A DNA stretch of 63,658 nt, filler included, from Syncephalis fuscata S228 (lineage: Eukaryota; Fungi; Zoopagomycota): NCBI GenBank assembly GCA_025786725.1. It is 4 parts of 4 records of this genome, joined end to end, with 100 filler letters (N's around TTAATTAATTAA, not from the genome) between each part and the next. Parts side by side here need not be neighbours in the genome. Positions count along the whole stretch, not along the records: positions 46,490 to 57,882 come from JAHLTZ010000283.1; positions 57,983 to 63,658 come from JAHLTZ010000334.1; 2 more parts are not named here. One strand, written 5' to 3'. A program made the position numbers and the translations under genes. The notes under the pieces were generated by a model, which worked only from the letters and a program-made list of their open reading frames with translations, made no database searches and was not told the DNA's origin. Positions 47,963-62,567 of this stretch are shown piece by piece; the stretch's first letter is position 1; each line of letters opens with the position of its first letter.

Positions 47963-49823
47963 GATGATATTTGTAAAAAGTGATTGCGTTAAAAATGAAG
48001 ATAATACTTCAAGTCAGTCAATTAATTAGATAGAGTGAGTTGATGGCTATGGATGGCGTGCTTTGTTCGTAAGTGTAATGCTGTTAAAATGATTGACATT
48101 GCAAATTGTATTGTTTATATAGTAATTTTAATTAAATAAGTAGATGGTTATTTAATGATAATTTCTAACAATATTTTATTTTCGTAATACAAAGGTACTG
48201 GTTTACACGTGAGTGTTACCAAAGACCCAGCTCACCTTGATGGAGTATCTTTTCAGCATCAAGTCGTATAATAGGCCTTAATAAATGGCTTAATTCTTCA
48301 CAGTAATTGATATAAAGTGAGCATCAGCTTATATGCATCACGCTACTGACCCATGAACCTAGGGTACAAATCACAAACTCTACTTTTTATTTTATTTTCG
48401 TATAACCATGTTGCTGTACGACCTTTATAAACTTGTTTCTTTCAAGGTCTTTATTGTGAAATCACTAAGCAATAGGCAACACATAATAGGATTTGCGGAA
48501 ATTATCCTTATTGTATTACAACCGTGCTGCGGCATAATCGGCAATAACAACATAATTTATTATTACAGTAAGCTGAAACTGGACACAATCTGTATCAATG
48601 TAACTAGTAACAAAATGAAACTGGCAGAACAGTTTTGTATACCTAACATTTTGGATACACATATACAAAAATACAAGGTTTGCATTATAATTATTAAATT
48701 GATGCTAACGTCTTGTATTAGTGTAACATAACTGGGACATATTTACAATTGCTACTAACTTAAGGCCATATGAAATGCTATTGAAACAACAAATACACAA
48801 TCTACTGGGTCAAAACAACGACTTAAATGGGGTGATTAATAAATCAGCTAACTTTTTATTGCTCGCAGAAGTAGTTTTGTACAAACTTTATAATTAATAA
48901 GAACAATATCAATGGGTTTGCACTAAAAACTTATATGTTATTGAATAATTTGCATTTAATTCGGTTTAGATTTTTAGTTACTTTTAAAGGGAACACCTTT
49001 TTTAGCTAAAACAAGGGCACTACTATCTAGAAGGCAAAACGATTTTCCTTAAAACGTTGTGACATTATTTTATCTATTTTTTACTCTTGCTTAAATTTCA
49101 GTAATATATTTCTCCCATACTGAACAATGTAACACTACTTTGTTGTTATTTTTAGAACCTATCGTGATTCTATAAATGCGAACGGCAGCTTAATACATGT
49201 TATAATTGTATCAGCTTATTTGGATATCCGTGGATAATTTGAGTAAATTTATAGACATGCATGATAAACTATTATAATTAGTTAAACTACGTTTATAAAG
49301 AATGAATTAGTAATCTTTATAGTCATTGCATCTAAATGTTTGTTGCCACACACGCACATATATATAAAAATATATATTACATAAAATATAGACATATTAT
49401 TTATTAATATATTCATTATTTTGCTGACAATATGTCCTATAATATATTGAGCTTTGATATCAAATGTTGTGATTTATTTAAAACGAGGACGCATACAATC
49501 ACTAAAACAAAAGCTTGGCCATGTGCTTAGCTGTTTATAGTATAAAATTATACCAAACTTAGTTATTAAATCACCGTAATACCATTTATGTAGCTAAATT
49601 AAAATGCCGATTTAGATGATTGGCTTTAACATTTAGCAGCACGTGGACTGCCTATTAAATTCCGACGACATTTAGAACAATTGAAACTTCGACATTTTTA
49701 TATATTAGTTGAAATAGAAATAAGCGATGGCCAAATGAAATCCCACTCCAATTTTCTCCTCTTCATTACGCCTTAGACTCTTTATTTTCACGTTGCTTAT
49801 TAGACCATCATTTAACAGTAAAA

Positions 49824-51487
49824 ATGAATATCAAACTATACAGTCAGCTAGCCTTGATTGCTACCGCTTTTGGTTTCCTATCCATTAGCTTTAGCTCTTT
49901 GCAAGTAGATGCATTAAAGGCTGAAAAACAGCCTCTTAACAAGGTCCAATCCGATGATACATTGGATACATGGTATAGCGCAGCCGAGTTCATGCAATCA
50001 GATGAACAACAAAGAGCAACTAGCCAACCTCCTCCATTGCCGCCACGTAATAGCGAACAATTAAAATTAGCTAATCAACCTCCTCCATTGCCGCCACGTA
50101 ATAGCGAACAATTAAAATTAGCTAATCAACCACCTCCATTACCGCCGCGTAATAGTGAACAGCTAAGATTAGCTAATCAACCACCTCCATTGCCACCACG
50201 TAATAACAACCTACAACAATCTATAACACAACTAAAAACAGTTAGAATTCCGCCTCCATTGCCACCACGTTCGAAAGAGCAACAGCAAGAAGTACCTAAT
50301 AGCTCTGAAAATTCAACTTTATTTGGATATGGAGTTCCACCATTAAGAGAAGAAGCAATTGATAAGCGCGATGCTTATGAAAAAAAGGGTCTTGTTATGA
50401 AGAAATGGATTCCCACAAAGCCTTCGTTAACTGCAGGATATGCAGAGTATAATAAGGAAAAGGCCTTTTTAAAATGCTCCAGCAACAAGGAAAATTTCAA
50501 TAAGGAAGACCGTGCATTTGCCGTAAGTAACTTATGCTATATTAACATTAATTACTCACTGTTGTTTGTTCAGTTAATAAGGATAGCTATGTCTAATAAA
50601 AATAATCCTTTCTTTGAAGGCAGTAAATATATCGTTTACAAGAAGGATGAATTCAAAGCGGGCAGGCACTATTGTTTAATTATTTCCGATGCTGGTGATT
50701 CAAACCTGTATGACTATATGTTAGAATTAACTGACGATGAGCGACGTGACCAAATGCCTAGGTTATTCAGACAACTTTTATATGGTAATTAAAATTATTG
50801 TGCCATTAAGATTTACTAATATAATTTTATGTATTACTGTGCTAGCCACTGCATTCTTACACTCAGCCAAAGTTGCACACAACGATATTAAACCGCATAG
50901 TAAGTAAATTGCCAAAAATGCTACGTACACTAACTTCAGCACAACATTAGATATCATGGTTAATACTAAAAACAAGAATAATATTATCTTTTCGCTTATT
51001 GACTACGACCTTGCGACTGAGCTGCAATTTGCGAATGGTCAAGTTGTACGTGTTGCAAGCGAGTCTGGTACGATTGGTTTTCATCCACCCGAAGCCTTTG
51101 GAAAGATTCCATTTGATTTACGCGTAGCAGATTCATGGAGATTAATAGCCACTATGTACTATTTTTACGGACGGGAGTCTAACTACAATCCTGACCACAT
51201 TATTGATCCAAATAGTGATACTGATCCAACGGTGCAATATCTATCCTATATGGAGAGGGTGTATCAGTCTGGTGTAAATCAACGAAGGATGGCGAATTTA
51301 GCGCCAAAGACATCCGCAGCACTTCAGCTTATGGACAAAAATTCATTGAAGCTTTTTATGATAAATCAAGCATTTAGACCAGCACCTGCAGAGTATATTA
51401 CGAAATATCTTATGAAGAACTATCAGGTAATTGCATTAGCGTGCTTATATAAACATTAGCTAAACTAAATATGTTGCTCAGATTTAG
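49824..51487 (+). CDS. Signal-peptide-bearing divergent Ser/Thr protein kinase with PPPLPPR repeats
   Basis: Hydrophobic N-terminus. AFLKC (VAIK Lys), an LHSAKVAHNDIKPH exon at 50849-50898, IDYDLA, GTIGFHPPE and ADSWRL. GT-AG introns. Confidence 0.85.
50025..50203 (+). repeat. Coding 51-bp tandem repeat (QPPPLPPRNSEQLKLAN) x3.5
   Basis: Direct reading. A fifth PPPLPPR lies at ~50250. Confidence 0.93.
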
Positions 51488-51960
51488 ATTTTTAACAATT
51501 ATAGACTTGATGAAGTTGAAGAGCAAAATAAACTGAAGTTTTGATGATGATCTAGTAGTAAACTGATGTTATTTAGTTATTAGTACTGATTTGTTGTATT
51601 TATTTCTGTAGATATTAATATTAGTGCACATACTATTAATATGACTACTTTTCAATTAAGAATAGCTTGTTTCAAATTAAAACCATTATAGCTATAACAA
51701 TGATCAAGCAATCTATCTATCTAATTAGCACCATTAAATACACAACTTGAATTAATGGCTAAACTGTGTACAAAAATTACAAATATATGTGTTGTAATTG
51801 TATGCAACTGTCATATTGGTTATATAGATAGCTAAATTCCATTTATAGATTAGTAGCAGCAGCAACAACAACGATAATAATTTCTAAAAAAATTAACTAA
51901 AATTTATACAATTAAATGGGGTTAACAATAGCTTTTACTAAAATATATATTCATTAGCCT

Positions 51961-53277
51961 CTAGCAAGCTTGTCTCTTGCTTTATCTTGTCCCGCCATTT
52001 GCGCTTGTTTTGCACCATTGACCGCCAATCGATCTGCAGCCTCGTTGCCTGGAATGCCTATATGTGCTCTTACATGGGTCTATTTAAGCAAAACGCATAA
52101 GTCAGTGGTGGGGTTTAAACATCTATTCTTACGAATTTAACCGGTGATGTGTGTGCTACTAATAATTCATCAAGCCGTCGGAATAAATCACTATTAAGCA
52201 CTGCCTTTCCATCCGACTTGTGCCAGTTCCGTTTTTTCCAATTATTAATCCATGAGCGTGTCGCTATCGGCCGAGTAAATCATTAATTGAATAAAAATGA
52301 CAATAATATTAGCATTTTATACCATTTACAACATAAGCACTATCTGTACGAATTTCTATAGGTTGGCGACTATCCACGGTTTCCAATGCCCGAATGACAG
52401 CCTAGTAATGTTTTTGTTTTAGAATCTAGTAATGTACAAATTAAAGATAGTTTACTTACTGTAATTTCAGCGCGTTGATTTGTCTGTAAAGATCCTGGTA
52501 GTGGCTCACTAATATTACTATGTACTAGTCAATATAATGCGTTAAATCCAGTCTGCCATTACCGAGCATCCCCTGGACCAAAGTAGACCCCTACACCAGC
52601 TACAGCGTTTTTCTGGCCGTTGCTTAGTCCGCTACCATCTGTGTAGACTACCAAATAATCCTGACTACTATCGCTCGTATTAGGAAGCACCATATCTTTG
52701 ATACTCTATATTTCAATAATTAATATAGCTGCATACTTGTTCAGTTTACGATAGCTTCTTTGCTTACTAACCTCCACTAATGAAGGGGTCGAATGCGATA
52801 GCGATGTAGCCGCACGTTGTTGTATTAATCGCTGGTAAGGCGCAAGTCGTTTTTTCTTGGTTGCTTCTACATCGCTAATAGGCTAGCATGTTCTTAATAT
52901 CGTGTCAAACCAAACATTAGTTATACACAGCTTACTTTTTCTATTCAAGTTAATTAAATTGTAGTTTTGTCATTTGTATTTTACAAAACTTACTTTCTGT
53001 CACTGTAGCTACAGAGGAAGCTGTGATGTTTGTTACTGAATTAACCGTTTTACCAATAAATTTTTGCGCTTCTTGAAGTGAATTGAAGCGCTTAAACGCA
53101 GCTCTTGGATGTCCTTCTACATTTGCTTTACATTCCTCCCTGTTTCAACGTCAAATGCCGTCATACCAGACATTCAAACAGTTAAGTGACAACCTACCAA
53201 GTCTTGAATATACCCTGCTGTCGACCAACACGTACAGCATAGTATTTGCCAGCTTTTTCTTTTGAATGTTTAGGCAT
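51961..53277 (-). CDS. RNH1: Ribonuclease H1, multi-exon
   Basis: Hybrid-binding domain KYYAVRVGRQQGIFKTW. Catalytic motifs VYTDGS, QTNQRAEI, IRTDSAY, W..NWKKRNW and HVRAHIGIPGNEAADRLA. Confidence 0.95.
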
Positions 53278-54545
53278 TCTAAGAACGCGAAGATCGCGCA
53301 ACACATATAGCAATTTGCGTGGAATTTCGAAAGAATAACAAAAATACCTACAAAGCTAGAAGACAAATAGAAAAACCTCAATATTTATTACTATTACTGG
53401 CAATGTGCCAAGTGTTAACTACATAAAGTGCGACTGCTATTTATTGACTTTTTAGACTAGCATTCGTTTTTAATTAATATCGTAGACGTTATTAATAATA
53501 ATACATCTAACATTATTATTTCTTTATTTTATTAATTTGTAAATCAGCTTTAGTATTCAATCATATAATTTAGGTTATTTTTAATCTATTGAATTATTTA
53601 TGAAATTTGTAATCTACATGGTCTTAATTATAGCTATTATATTTTAATGCTTATACATATACATTACATTACTATTATTATCCAACACATGGTAAACATT
53701 GGTTAATACGATCAAATTAGCAAAACCAGCACCGTAATAATTAAATTTATATTGGCAAAATGCTTTGAAAAATACAATATACGCTTCTCTCACAGTTTTA
53801 CAATGTATTAGCAAGTACAAAATATGAATCTTTTAGATCCAAACTCAATTCTCACTAAGACACAGGGCATAGCTTCTTTTTACACACAATAACTATTTGC
53901 AGTTTTAATTAGAAACTAGCAAATTACTTTAATTTTTTATGAATCATAACATCAAGGTGTGATTGGATAAAATTTCCACAGCTTTTGCCATTTTGCTATT
54001 TTCTCTTTTGTTGCTTATTGTATCCGACTGCCACACGCACACACACTTGCTCGCTTGCTCACTAAAAGCTACCAACTGTTAACGACGTTCATTACAGTTT
54101 CTTGCTGGTCGGATCACCTACAAACATTTAAAAGCGCGGGAAAACTCCGGTAAGTACCTACAAACGCTTATACCTGCTTGCCATTCGTCAAAGAAAGCCT
54201 GGTAGCTTTTCAGACCAGGAATGAATAGATCGCGACACTATGGCGCTAGTAGAACGGGTGTTTTTTTTCGGGTCGCACTACGACGCGTACTTTAGAACGA
54301 AGCAATGCGGCATTAGATAGCTTATTGAACTGTTTGGTACTATTTGCTAACTTTTATTGCTAACTAGACCACCTGCGTACGTCCTGTGGTTGTGTGTAGA
54401 GATTTAGTATGAATGTCGGCGAAGTAAGCGGAAATTCGATCGACGGCGTTATTAAAAGTTAAACGTCACTTCCTTTATAAAGGCTATAGGTGGTTTTGGA
54501 ACTGGTAAAAACAAACAAAGGCAACTTCTTACAGAGACATCAACT

Positions 54546-57206
54546 ATGCTGGCGGAACGAGATACCAACCGTGTTAATGAAGAAATGCTTGTGGCAGTGT
54601 CGGCCAATCCTCTAACGGCAAGACATGCTAGCAGTCTACACGACTATGGACATACAAGGGACTCCAGCATGAATATAGACGATGTGGTACAAGTATCGCG
54701 TAATAATGGCAATGAATTCACTTATGCACCAGTAAGTAGTTTTGAATGATAATATTTATTACTGTATTAACGGCCATGATAGGGAACATCAAGCGAGGAA
54801 GTTGCTATGTTGGAAGCATTATTGCGTCATACAGCAGCTAACGATGCCACAGTGTCAGCTGTAACAGCAAGTATGACGGCAGCAGGTATAACAACATCAG
54901 CTACGACCACTACCACTACCACTACCACCGCAATAACAACGACTACAGCTAATAACGAGACACGCCACCTTGCTCATATGGTAAGAACATTTATAGATCA
55001 AACAATGTTAATTATATTAAACAATGATTTAAATAGGCACAAGAAGCTGATTTAATAGCATCACCAAACGATTCGGTTCTACATCGTACACATGGTTTGT
55101 TTAAACTAACAATAGTTGTATATTAATACTCATTTATTTATTGTACAGATGATGGATCATTGACTGATACAATGCATGACGAAGATATGGATCGACAGTG
55201 TTATGAGTGTAATGGCGACGACTCTATTAGCGGTAATAAGCTTATGTTCTGTTCTAATTGCAGTCGCAATTTCCATCAACTGTGTCATGATCCAGTTGTA
55301 GATGATGTATGGGCCGAGACAGTAGCTGAATGGCTATGTCACGATTGTATTCAAAAATATGGTATTCAATTTGATGCAGATGGACAAGAATTGGAAGATT
55401 CACGCGTGACAAGCCATTCGGACCATGATGACCATTCACAGCCTAGTGATTCGGGATTAACACTAGGCGAGGAAACGACCAAGACAAGTAATCGTCGAAT
55501 GGAACAGGCAGTATCGGGCATTGGTATTAGCTATGCACAGGTAGGATGGGCTACAATAATGCACTTGCTTGTTTGTTTTACTTATTCAGGTGTAGAAAAA
55601 AAGCTATTTAAATACACTGCCCAAATCAGTACTGGTTGATTTAGTGTTAGCCTGTGATGCAACACATCCAGATATGCCATTATTTCCTGCTTCATTACAC
55701 GCACAAGCAGCTGTTATAGGCGGTGATGGCGTGAACGACTATGATCGTATGGCAGAATGGGCCCACGATGCATCCATGGCGACACCAGTACGGGCACGTG
55801 GTAAAATTGTTGGTAGTGCTGATCGTTTACCTTCGGAAACGACACAGACTGGCAGAGAAACGGTGACAGGCCTCACACCTCGACGAACCTATGGTAGACG
55901 AGCACCACGAAGTGCAGTTGGTCTACCACTTCCTTCGTATGAAGATCTATGCGTTGAGGCAGTACTGGATATGGATAATGAGAATGGCAGTCTGCCTAAA
56001 CGGATATTTGAATGGATTGCTTCGTAAGTAATAGTGATTATGCCCTATGTCACATCTATATTAACTACTATTGATATTAGTAACTATCCGGTGGCGGCCA
56101 ATTTCCGTCCTTCATGTTCACAGGCACTTCAACGAGCCTATCGCAAAGGAAAGCTTGATAAACATGGACGAGCATATAAGGTGTCAGATTCAGAGATGAT
56201 ACACATTAAAGAGTTCCAGGAACGCCAACGACGCTCACGCGAAGAGGCGCAAATGCCAGAAGGAGAGGAAGGAGAGGAAGGAGAAGAAAGAGACGCAGTA
56301 GAAGGAGAAGAAAACGAAGAAGAGACAGAGCTGATGAATAGTATTGACGGTGTCAAATCAGAAGAGCATAACGACAAATCAATGGCTGGAATGGGAAATG
56401 ATGATACTATTAATGAACCAACTGTAAAACGAGAACGATATATAACTGTATCAGAAGTATCTGATGGTGATGCTTCAATCTTGCCTAATGCAGCATTTGC
56501 CAGTAGTAGTTTAGGAAATAGTCATGGCCATGAACATAATGATCATGATGCTGATGTCGATGAAGATATGGATAGTCGTGAAGCAATTGATTTTGATCAA
56601 GTTATAGGTATGGGAATTGATACATCTTTTATTCCTGAGTCAAATGTTGGATTAGAGTCGTTAGAGGCTACTGAAGAGGATACAGCAGCTATTGTAGCGG
56701 CAGTAACTGCTAGTGATATGGATTTGACCGGTAGTGGCGATAATGATAATGGTCATGGTATGGATGAAATTGACATAGACGATTCACATAGTATAATGAC
56801 CTCTGTACTATTGACTGACACACACGATGGGTTGGTTGATGCTAAAGATATGGAATCGGTGGTTGATGTGGAGGTTGATGAAATTGATGAAATGGTCGAT
56901 GTGGGCACAGAAATTGATGTAGATGGCGATGCGGCAGTGTCAGCCCGTACGGCACCGACAAGACACCAGCAACATAGAAATCAGCGAAGGAGAAAACGTT
57001 CTCGACAAGAATCAGAAGCATTGGAAATGATGTCGTCAATTACGGATACGACACGACCGGCACGGCGTCGAACAAGTATCCAAACGGCCACCATTACCAC
57101 CACATCGAATAGTGACGATGAAATTATTTCCGTTGATTATGTAAACGGTCATCCTGTAACACCGAGCATGCTTAATGGCACCACCTACCCATCAGCCGAT
57201 GCGTAG
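54546..57206 (+). CDS. PHD-finger chromatin protein with a linker-histone-like winged-helix segment and acidic C-terminus
   Basis: CYEC...NKLMFCSNCSRNFHQLCHDP...WLCHDC, and PSYEDLCVEAV...GSLPKRIFEWIASNYPV..NFRPSCSQALQRA. Confidence 0.85.
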
Positions 57207-57882
57207 CGTATTTCTACATACATTCATATAATACTCATATATTCATCTATACAGCAACTTTTCTTTCCAGTTTTCCCACCTATAGTATTTGCACATTGCT
57301 GTGTTTTCTCTTTTTATGCTTTAGCCGATTCTAGTTAGTTTGTTAAATGATCGATTTAATTTCACATTATTAGCACACGTATTATATATTTTATATATAT
57401 ATATAATTTGATACGATGTTTTCAAAATCACTTTAGTCTCTTTTTAAAAGCAAATAAATGTGTAGTTACTATTTATTTAATGATAGATCACTTTATTATT
57501 ATAAATTAACGTTTAGCTCTATAGTAAACTACTTGTGTGTTGTATAATCTAAAATGATATGTTTACAGACGTATATTATTAATCATCGCTATTAGTTAAT
57601 TCTGTAAAAGATGTGTTATCTTTTTGTGATTGGGATGATTTTCCTTCAATGGCACTTTTTGCCGTAGCTATTTGGGAAAGATGAAGAACATTCATAGTTT
57701 GTGGACGATGTGATAATGTTGTTGTTTTGTGCATACCATAACAATGGTATACGAGTATGGTAGATACAAGTAACCTAGTAAAAGTGTGCGTGTATATATA
57801 TGTGTGTGTTTATTGCTATATTGCTATATTTGTTTGTTTGTTTTTTACTTACCAATCTGCTACGAAAAATAGCTCTGAAAGT

Positions 57883-57982
57883 NNNNNNNNNNNNNNNNNN
57901 NNNNNNNNNNNNNNNNNNNNNNNNNNTTAATTAATTAANNNNNNNNNNNNNNNNNNNNNNNNNNNNNNNNNNNNNNNNNNNN
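57883..57982. other. Assembly gap with artificial linker
   Basis: N-run with TTAATTAATTAA. Confidence 0.98.
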
Positions 57983-59607
57983 CATTAAGAATTGAAGACC
58001 TAAGTCCCGATTTTGGCACAGTAAGTCAGCAATATTACAATTACATCAGTCTATAGCATTTAACACATTTCTAGACAATCAACAGCAAATATGCTGTAAC
58101 GGACCAACGACTTGGTTCGTAAGTACTTATATCATTTAAATTAACATATTGGTAACATAAAAATAGTGGTGCTTTTAGCAGCGTATTTTATGGAGAAATG
58201 CGCAGCAACAAGGCGCCAATCGCCATAAAAATATCCGACAAGGAGGGTATCAAGGGAGCAGCCCAAGAAGGTTGCGTAAATAGCTTTTTTTATGAAAATG
58301 CTGTACTCAGTATGGCGCAAGGACATCAAGCCATTATTCAAGTAGTTGGTGCGCATGAAACAGCAATGCACAACTACTTGGTGCTTGAGTATGTAGCTGA
58401 CGGAGATTTACTCAGCTATTGTGCACAACATGGCCCTCTTCTTGAAGATGAGGCTAGGCACATTTTTAAACAGCTGCTGGAAGCAGTAAAGGTAAGTAAC
58501 AACATAATACAATGATTTATTAATGACTTTTGAATAGTTTTTACACAGTAAGCATATTGTTCACTGTGGTAAGTTGAAATAATTGTTTATTATTGCTACT
58601 AACAAATATCATTGTTAATCGTATTGCTATCAAATAGATATAAAAGTAAGTACTTGAAATGTTAAAAATGACTGAAATTAACCGTGTCTACATTAGCCAG
58701 CAAATGTATTGCTGCGAAAGTGCATCAACAACCCAGCGATTGTCCTTACAGATTTTGGCGCTGCTTGGAAAATTGTTCCAGATTCACCGCCACCAAGAAA
58801 GAAGCGTGGAACACTAGGTTATATGGCACCAGAAATGGTTCTGAAATCAGCTCTTAAAAAACTAGCAACTGCAAAAGCTAAAGAAATTGATATTAATCTG
58901 CAAGCGGCCTCAAATACAATGGAACTGACAGCCAACAATTACCACCAAGTTGATGTGTGGAGTCTTGGTGCTACATTACATTACATGCTATCAAGTAAGT
59001 GATTATAAAGCTGTCATTTTTTACTAATGCCTTTATATTTAGATACATTACCATATGTAAAAAATAGTAATGAAGATGTTATCGTCGAGGATTATGCTCT
59101 AGATTTACTAAACAATCCTTTGGAATTCGATGATACTTGGGAAGCAGTATCAGAAGAAGGTAAATAAATCAAACAATAATTATATAGAACTAATATTTAT
59201 TGATTACTAGGACGCGAACTAGTGCGCGATCTTCTTGCTCTTAACAGCGATTCACGTATCACTATTGAGCAGGCATTGGCAAGTTCTTGGTTTAACAAGC
59301 CACAAGATACGGTTGCTGAAGGTGATGTGGCTCAAGAAGAACAAGAAGAACCGGCATTGAAGTTACCAGAAAAAGAGGCCAAGATAAAACCAAGTCAACA
59401 GCAAGAGAGTAATCAAACTGAAGACGACAAAGAAGCTGAAGAGACAACAGCTTGCCAAGAGGCTTCCACACCTCAGCGTGGTATTAAGCGGTCGCATTCA
59501 ATGACTGCTGATACTCAGGAAAAACGAGTGAAAATCAGCAATGGATGTAAGTGTTTATTAAGTTGTTGCTATGTAAACTAACCAACTAATTAGGCACCAT
59601 CTTGTAA
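57983..59607 (+). CDS. CAMK-group-like Ser/Thr protein kinase, multi-exon, 5' end in gap
   Basis: IAIKI, YLVLEYVADGDL, HC|DIK|PAN (8-nt exon 58638-58645), TDFG, GTLGYMAPE, VDVWSLG and RITIEQAL. Confidence 0.92.
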
Positions 59608-60587
59608 ATATTTCATATTAGTGTATTTAGTTTATAAAGTACAAAAAACAATAAATATTATATTTTTACTATGATATGCTTCTATTCCATTACATTGCAT
59701 ACAATATAATTATTTAAATAATAAATTTAGTCATCTAAATGCAATTTATTACTCATTTATTGTACTTTGGTGGTTAAATAACTGCATTTAATAACATTCA
59801 TACATTTAAATTAGACTTTTTTCTATTGAACAGGAAACAAGAAGTAATTCACATCAGGGTCCAAAATACTCATCATTATAGATTCATTATTCAGTATACA
59901 TACACTCTATTCATCTATATCATCCCATTCTATTCCATGCTATCATATATGCTTTCTTACCATACATTCATTATTTTATATAGCATTCTATACCCTCCTA
60001 GTCTTCCTCTACCCAAACTGTTTTTATTTTGTTCTAGCAGTATTATTATTAAAATTAAACTATTTTGCTTATTGCTCATTCATACATACATTATAACTTC
60101 AGCGCTGCTATTCACTCTAATATATCTATCCTATTATTCAATGCTCGCATATTATTCAGAGTTGTTTTCTGTTTCTTTCTAACTTTGTTTTTTATAAATT
60201 TCAACTTATTATGTTCATTTCGCTGTTATAAATACTATAAATTCAGTACCAGTGTTTATGTACTTTCATGGCATATTCATATAACTTTTAAATCATTGTT
60301 TTTATTATTCAGTTGTAATGGTCAGTACAATACTAATACATACATGTGGATTTGTATTGATAATATAGTATTAAAATAAACATAGTAGCACTAACAACAA
60401 CATTACATACTGGCTATTTATCAAATATACTAATTATTATGTAGTATTTTAGTACAGGTCTATCTGTAATAAAATTGATAATCCAAAAATAAAATACATT
60501 AAAATTACACTAGATTGAGTTTACATTAATGTTATACAAGCATAACATTTTACTTTATTGAATTACATAAAGCGTGATAGTTGCTGA

Positions 60588-61595
60588 TTAGTTGCTGGTT
60601 ACTTCATTGATGAGTTGTTTATCTGCAGGTGAGACACCATTCCAGAGGCGCATGATTTCGTTCATGCTGAACTCTTGAAGGATACGGGCAATGATGTAGC
60701 TATCACTGGTCGAGCTGGGAGGCAATGGCACAAAGTCATCAGGGAAACGTTCTTCTTTAAGGAATTGTTCCGCATCTTTAACCTTCAATTGGCCGTTGCG
60801 TCCTATAATTTCCAACAAGAGTACAGCTTCACCATGAGACTTGAATTTGTTATCCAAAGTAAAGCCCATCGGTGGAGATAGACCATCCTTTGCCTCGCGG
60901 TCGCGAACAATGTTACGGAATTTGGCAATTGAGCCGTAGGTAAGGACACCCTTTTCGGCATAGCTCAAAAACTCGTCGATCTTGGTTCGATTGGCGTATA
61001 GAGCACGCTGTGGATTATCAGCTGTGAAACGTTCGCGCGTCAATGACACATCATGTTCAATAAAGTTATGCTTAAGCGAGTCCAATAGATCCATTGTTTG
61101 TGGATTGCTAGTGTGCATTGCCGACAAGTCACGGTGTCCCTTCATCAACGCCTTAAGGGCAACACCTCTAAGACCGAGTATGTTCTTAAGACCATGCTCA
61201 AGACGGGCCGCATCGACATTCTGGCCGGTGTAATCGCTATAATACAGTAAGTTTAATTATTATCCATTTAGAGCAAATGCTACTATTACTACTTACATAA
61301 TCTTATGATTAGCTAGTACGTTTAACATTGGGCAAGGAGAGCGGTGCTGTCCTTTGCCGCTTTCCCATCGTGCTCTAATTTCATTGCCCCAGTAAGGATT
61401 GGGTGGCGGGGTGGATGCTTTGCCGAGAGGACGTAGCAATATGTCGAGACCGGCCACTTTATTCTTGATAAATTGAAGTGCTTCACCGAGTTGATCTCCA
61501 AATGGACCTGCTTCACTGGTGGGTGGCATAAAAACTAAAGCAAGTAGTGCTGTTGTGCCGGCAGTGCTGGCAAGCAATCCAGTGGAGAAACGCAT
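60588..61595 (-). CDS. Heme-thiolate peroxidase (chloroperoxidase / unspecific peroxygenase family), 2 exons
   Basis: Signal peptide, RSPCPMLNVLANH (proximal Cys), EHDVSLTR and EERFPDDF. Confidence 0.92.
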
Positions 61596-62567
61596 ATTGT
61601 ACTGATGTAATAGTCGTTAATGAATGTGGATAGGGATGGCTGTTCACAGAAACAATTGATGGATCGACACATTGACCAGCAAGTCAAAAGGTATAAATAC
61701 TAAATGTAGGCATAGCCATCGGTGCTGTAAATTGCTCGGCAATCAGCAGCAGATTATCACAGAAAATACGGAGTTGTTACACAAAATGGGAGCAAACAAA
61801 AAAGTGCAATTTTCCAAACAACACATTTTTACATATTTACAAATCAAGTATACTCTACAAGTATATTGAATATACAAATGGCAATAGCAATATTTTATTT
61901 ACAATAAACTGCTTGTTACTAATAAAGCGTATTTTTATTCAACTATCGTTCAATTAAATCGTAATTGTGATTATTTATTGACAATTGGATTGATGTATGC
62001 TTGTGTCAAACCCACGCGTCTTTCGTGCCATTGTGCAGCTATGATTAGTCAATAAACCAGTCGTGATTCATAAACTTCCCCAGTCGGCAGCGAGATGGCT
62101 CAACAGCCGAGGTGTTAGGAAACATTGTTGGCAAAAAAGGAGATCCACGAGGAACTGTATCCAAATAGTACCCATGATAAACACGTGTGTAAGTTAGTAA
62201 TAATACTCAATTCGCAAAGTACCTGATACACTACGAGATAGCCATATTATTACTATTGTTGCTACTATTATCATTTTGCACATTAGTATTTGTTAATAAA
62301 GACATGGAAGCAGATAATGAATGCTATTTTTATTTTTAAAATGTTTCTTTTCTATCTAAAGCCATAAACATCAAATGCTTGCTCAGTGAGCTACAAATAA
62401 AGGTACAATAGTGAGAATGATGATGCAGTAGCAAACATCAATGTTATGGAAGAATAAAACATAATAGATAATGTTCCATGACGTAATAATAAAATAGTAA
62501 ATTGACCGTATTATTATCATTGTCATAGTGGTATTTGGTGGCATTGTAAGACGTAATTGCTAATGAC

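Noticed and set aside
59826-60379. Hydrophobic 104-118 aa ORFs
   Set aside because: Low-complexity AT-rich repeat-family sequence producing spurious I/L/F/Y-rich frames.
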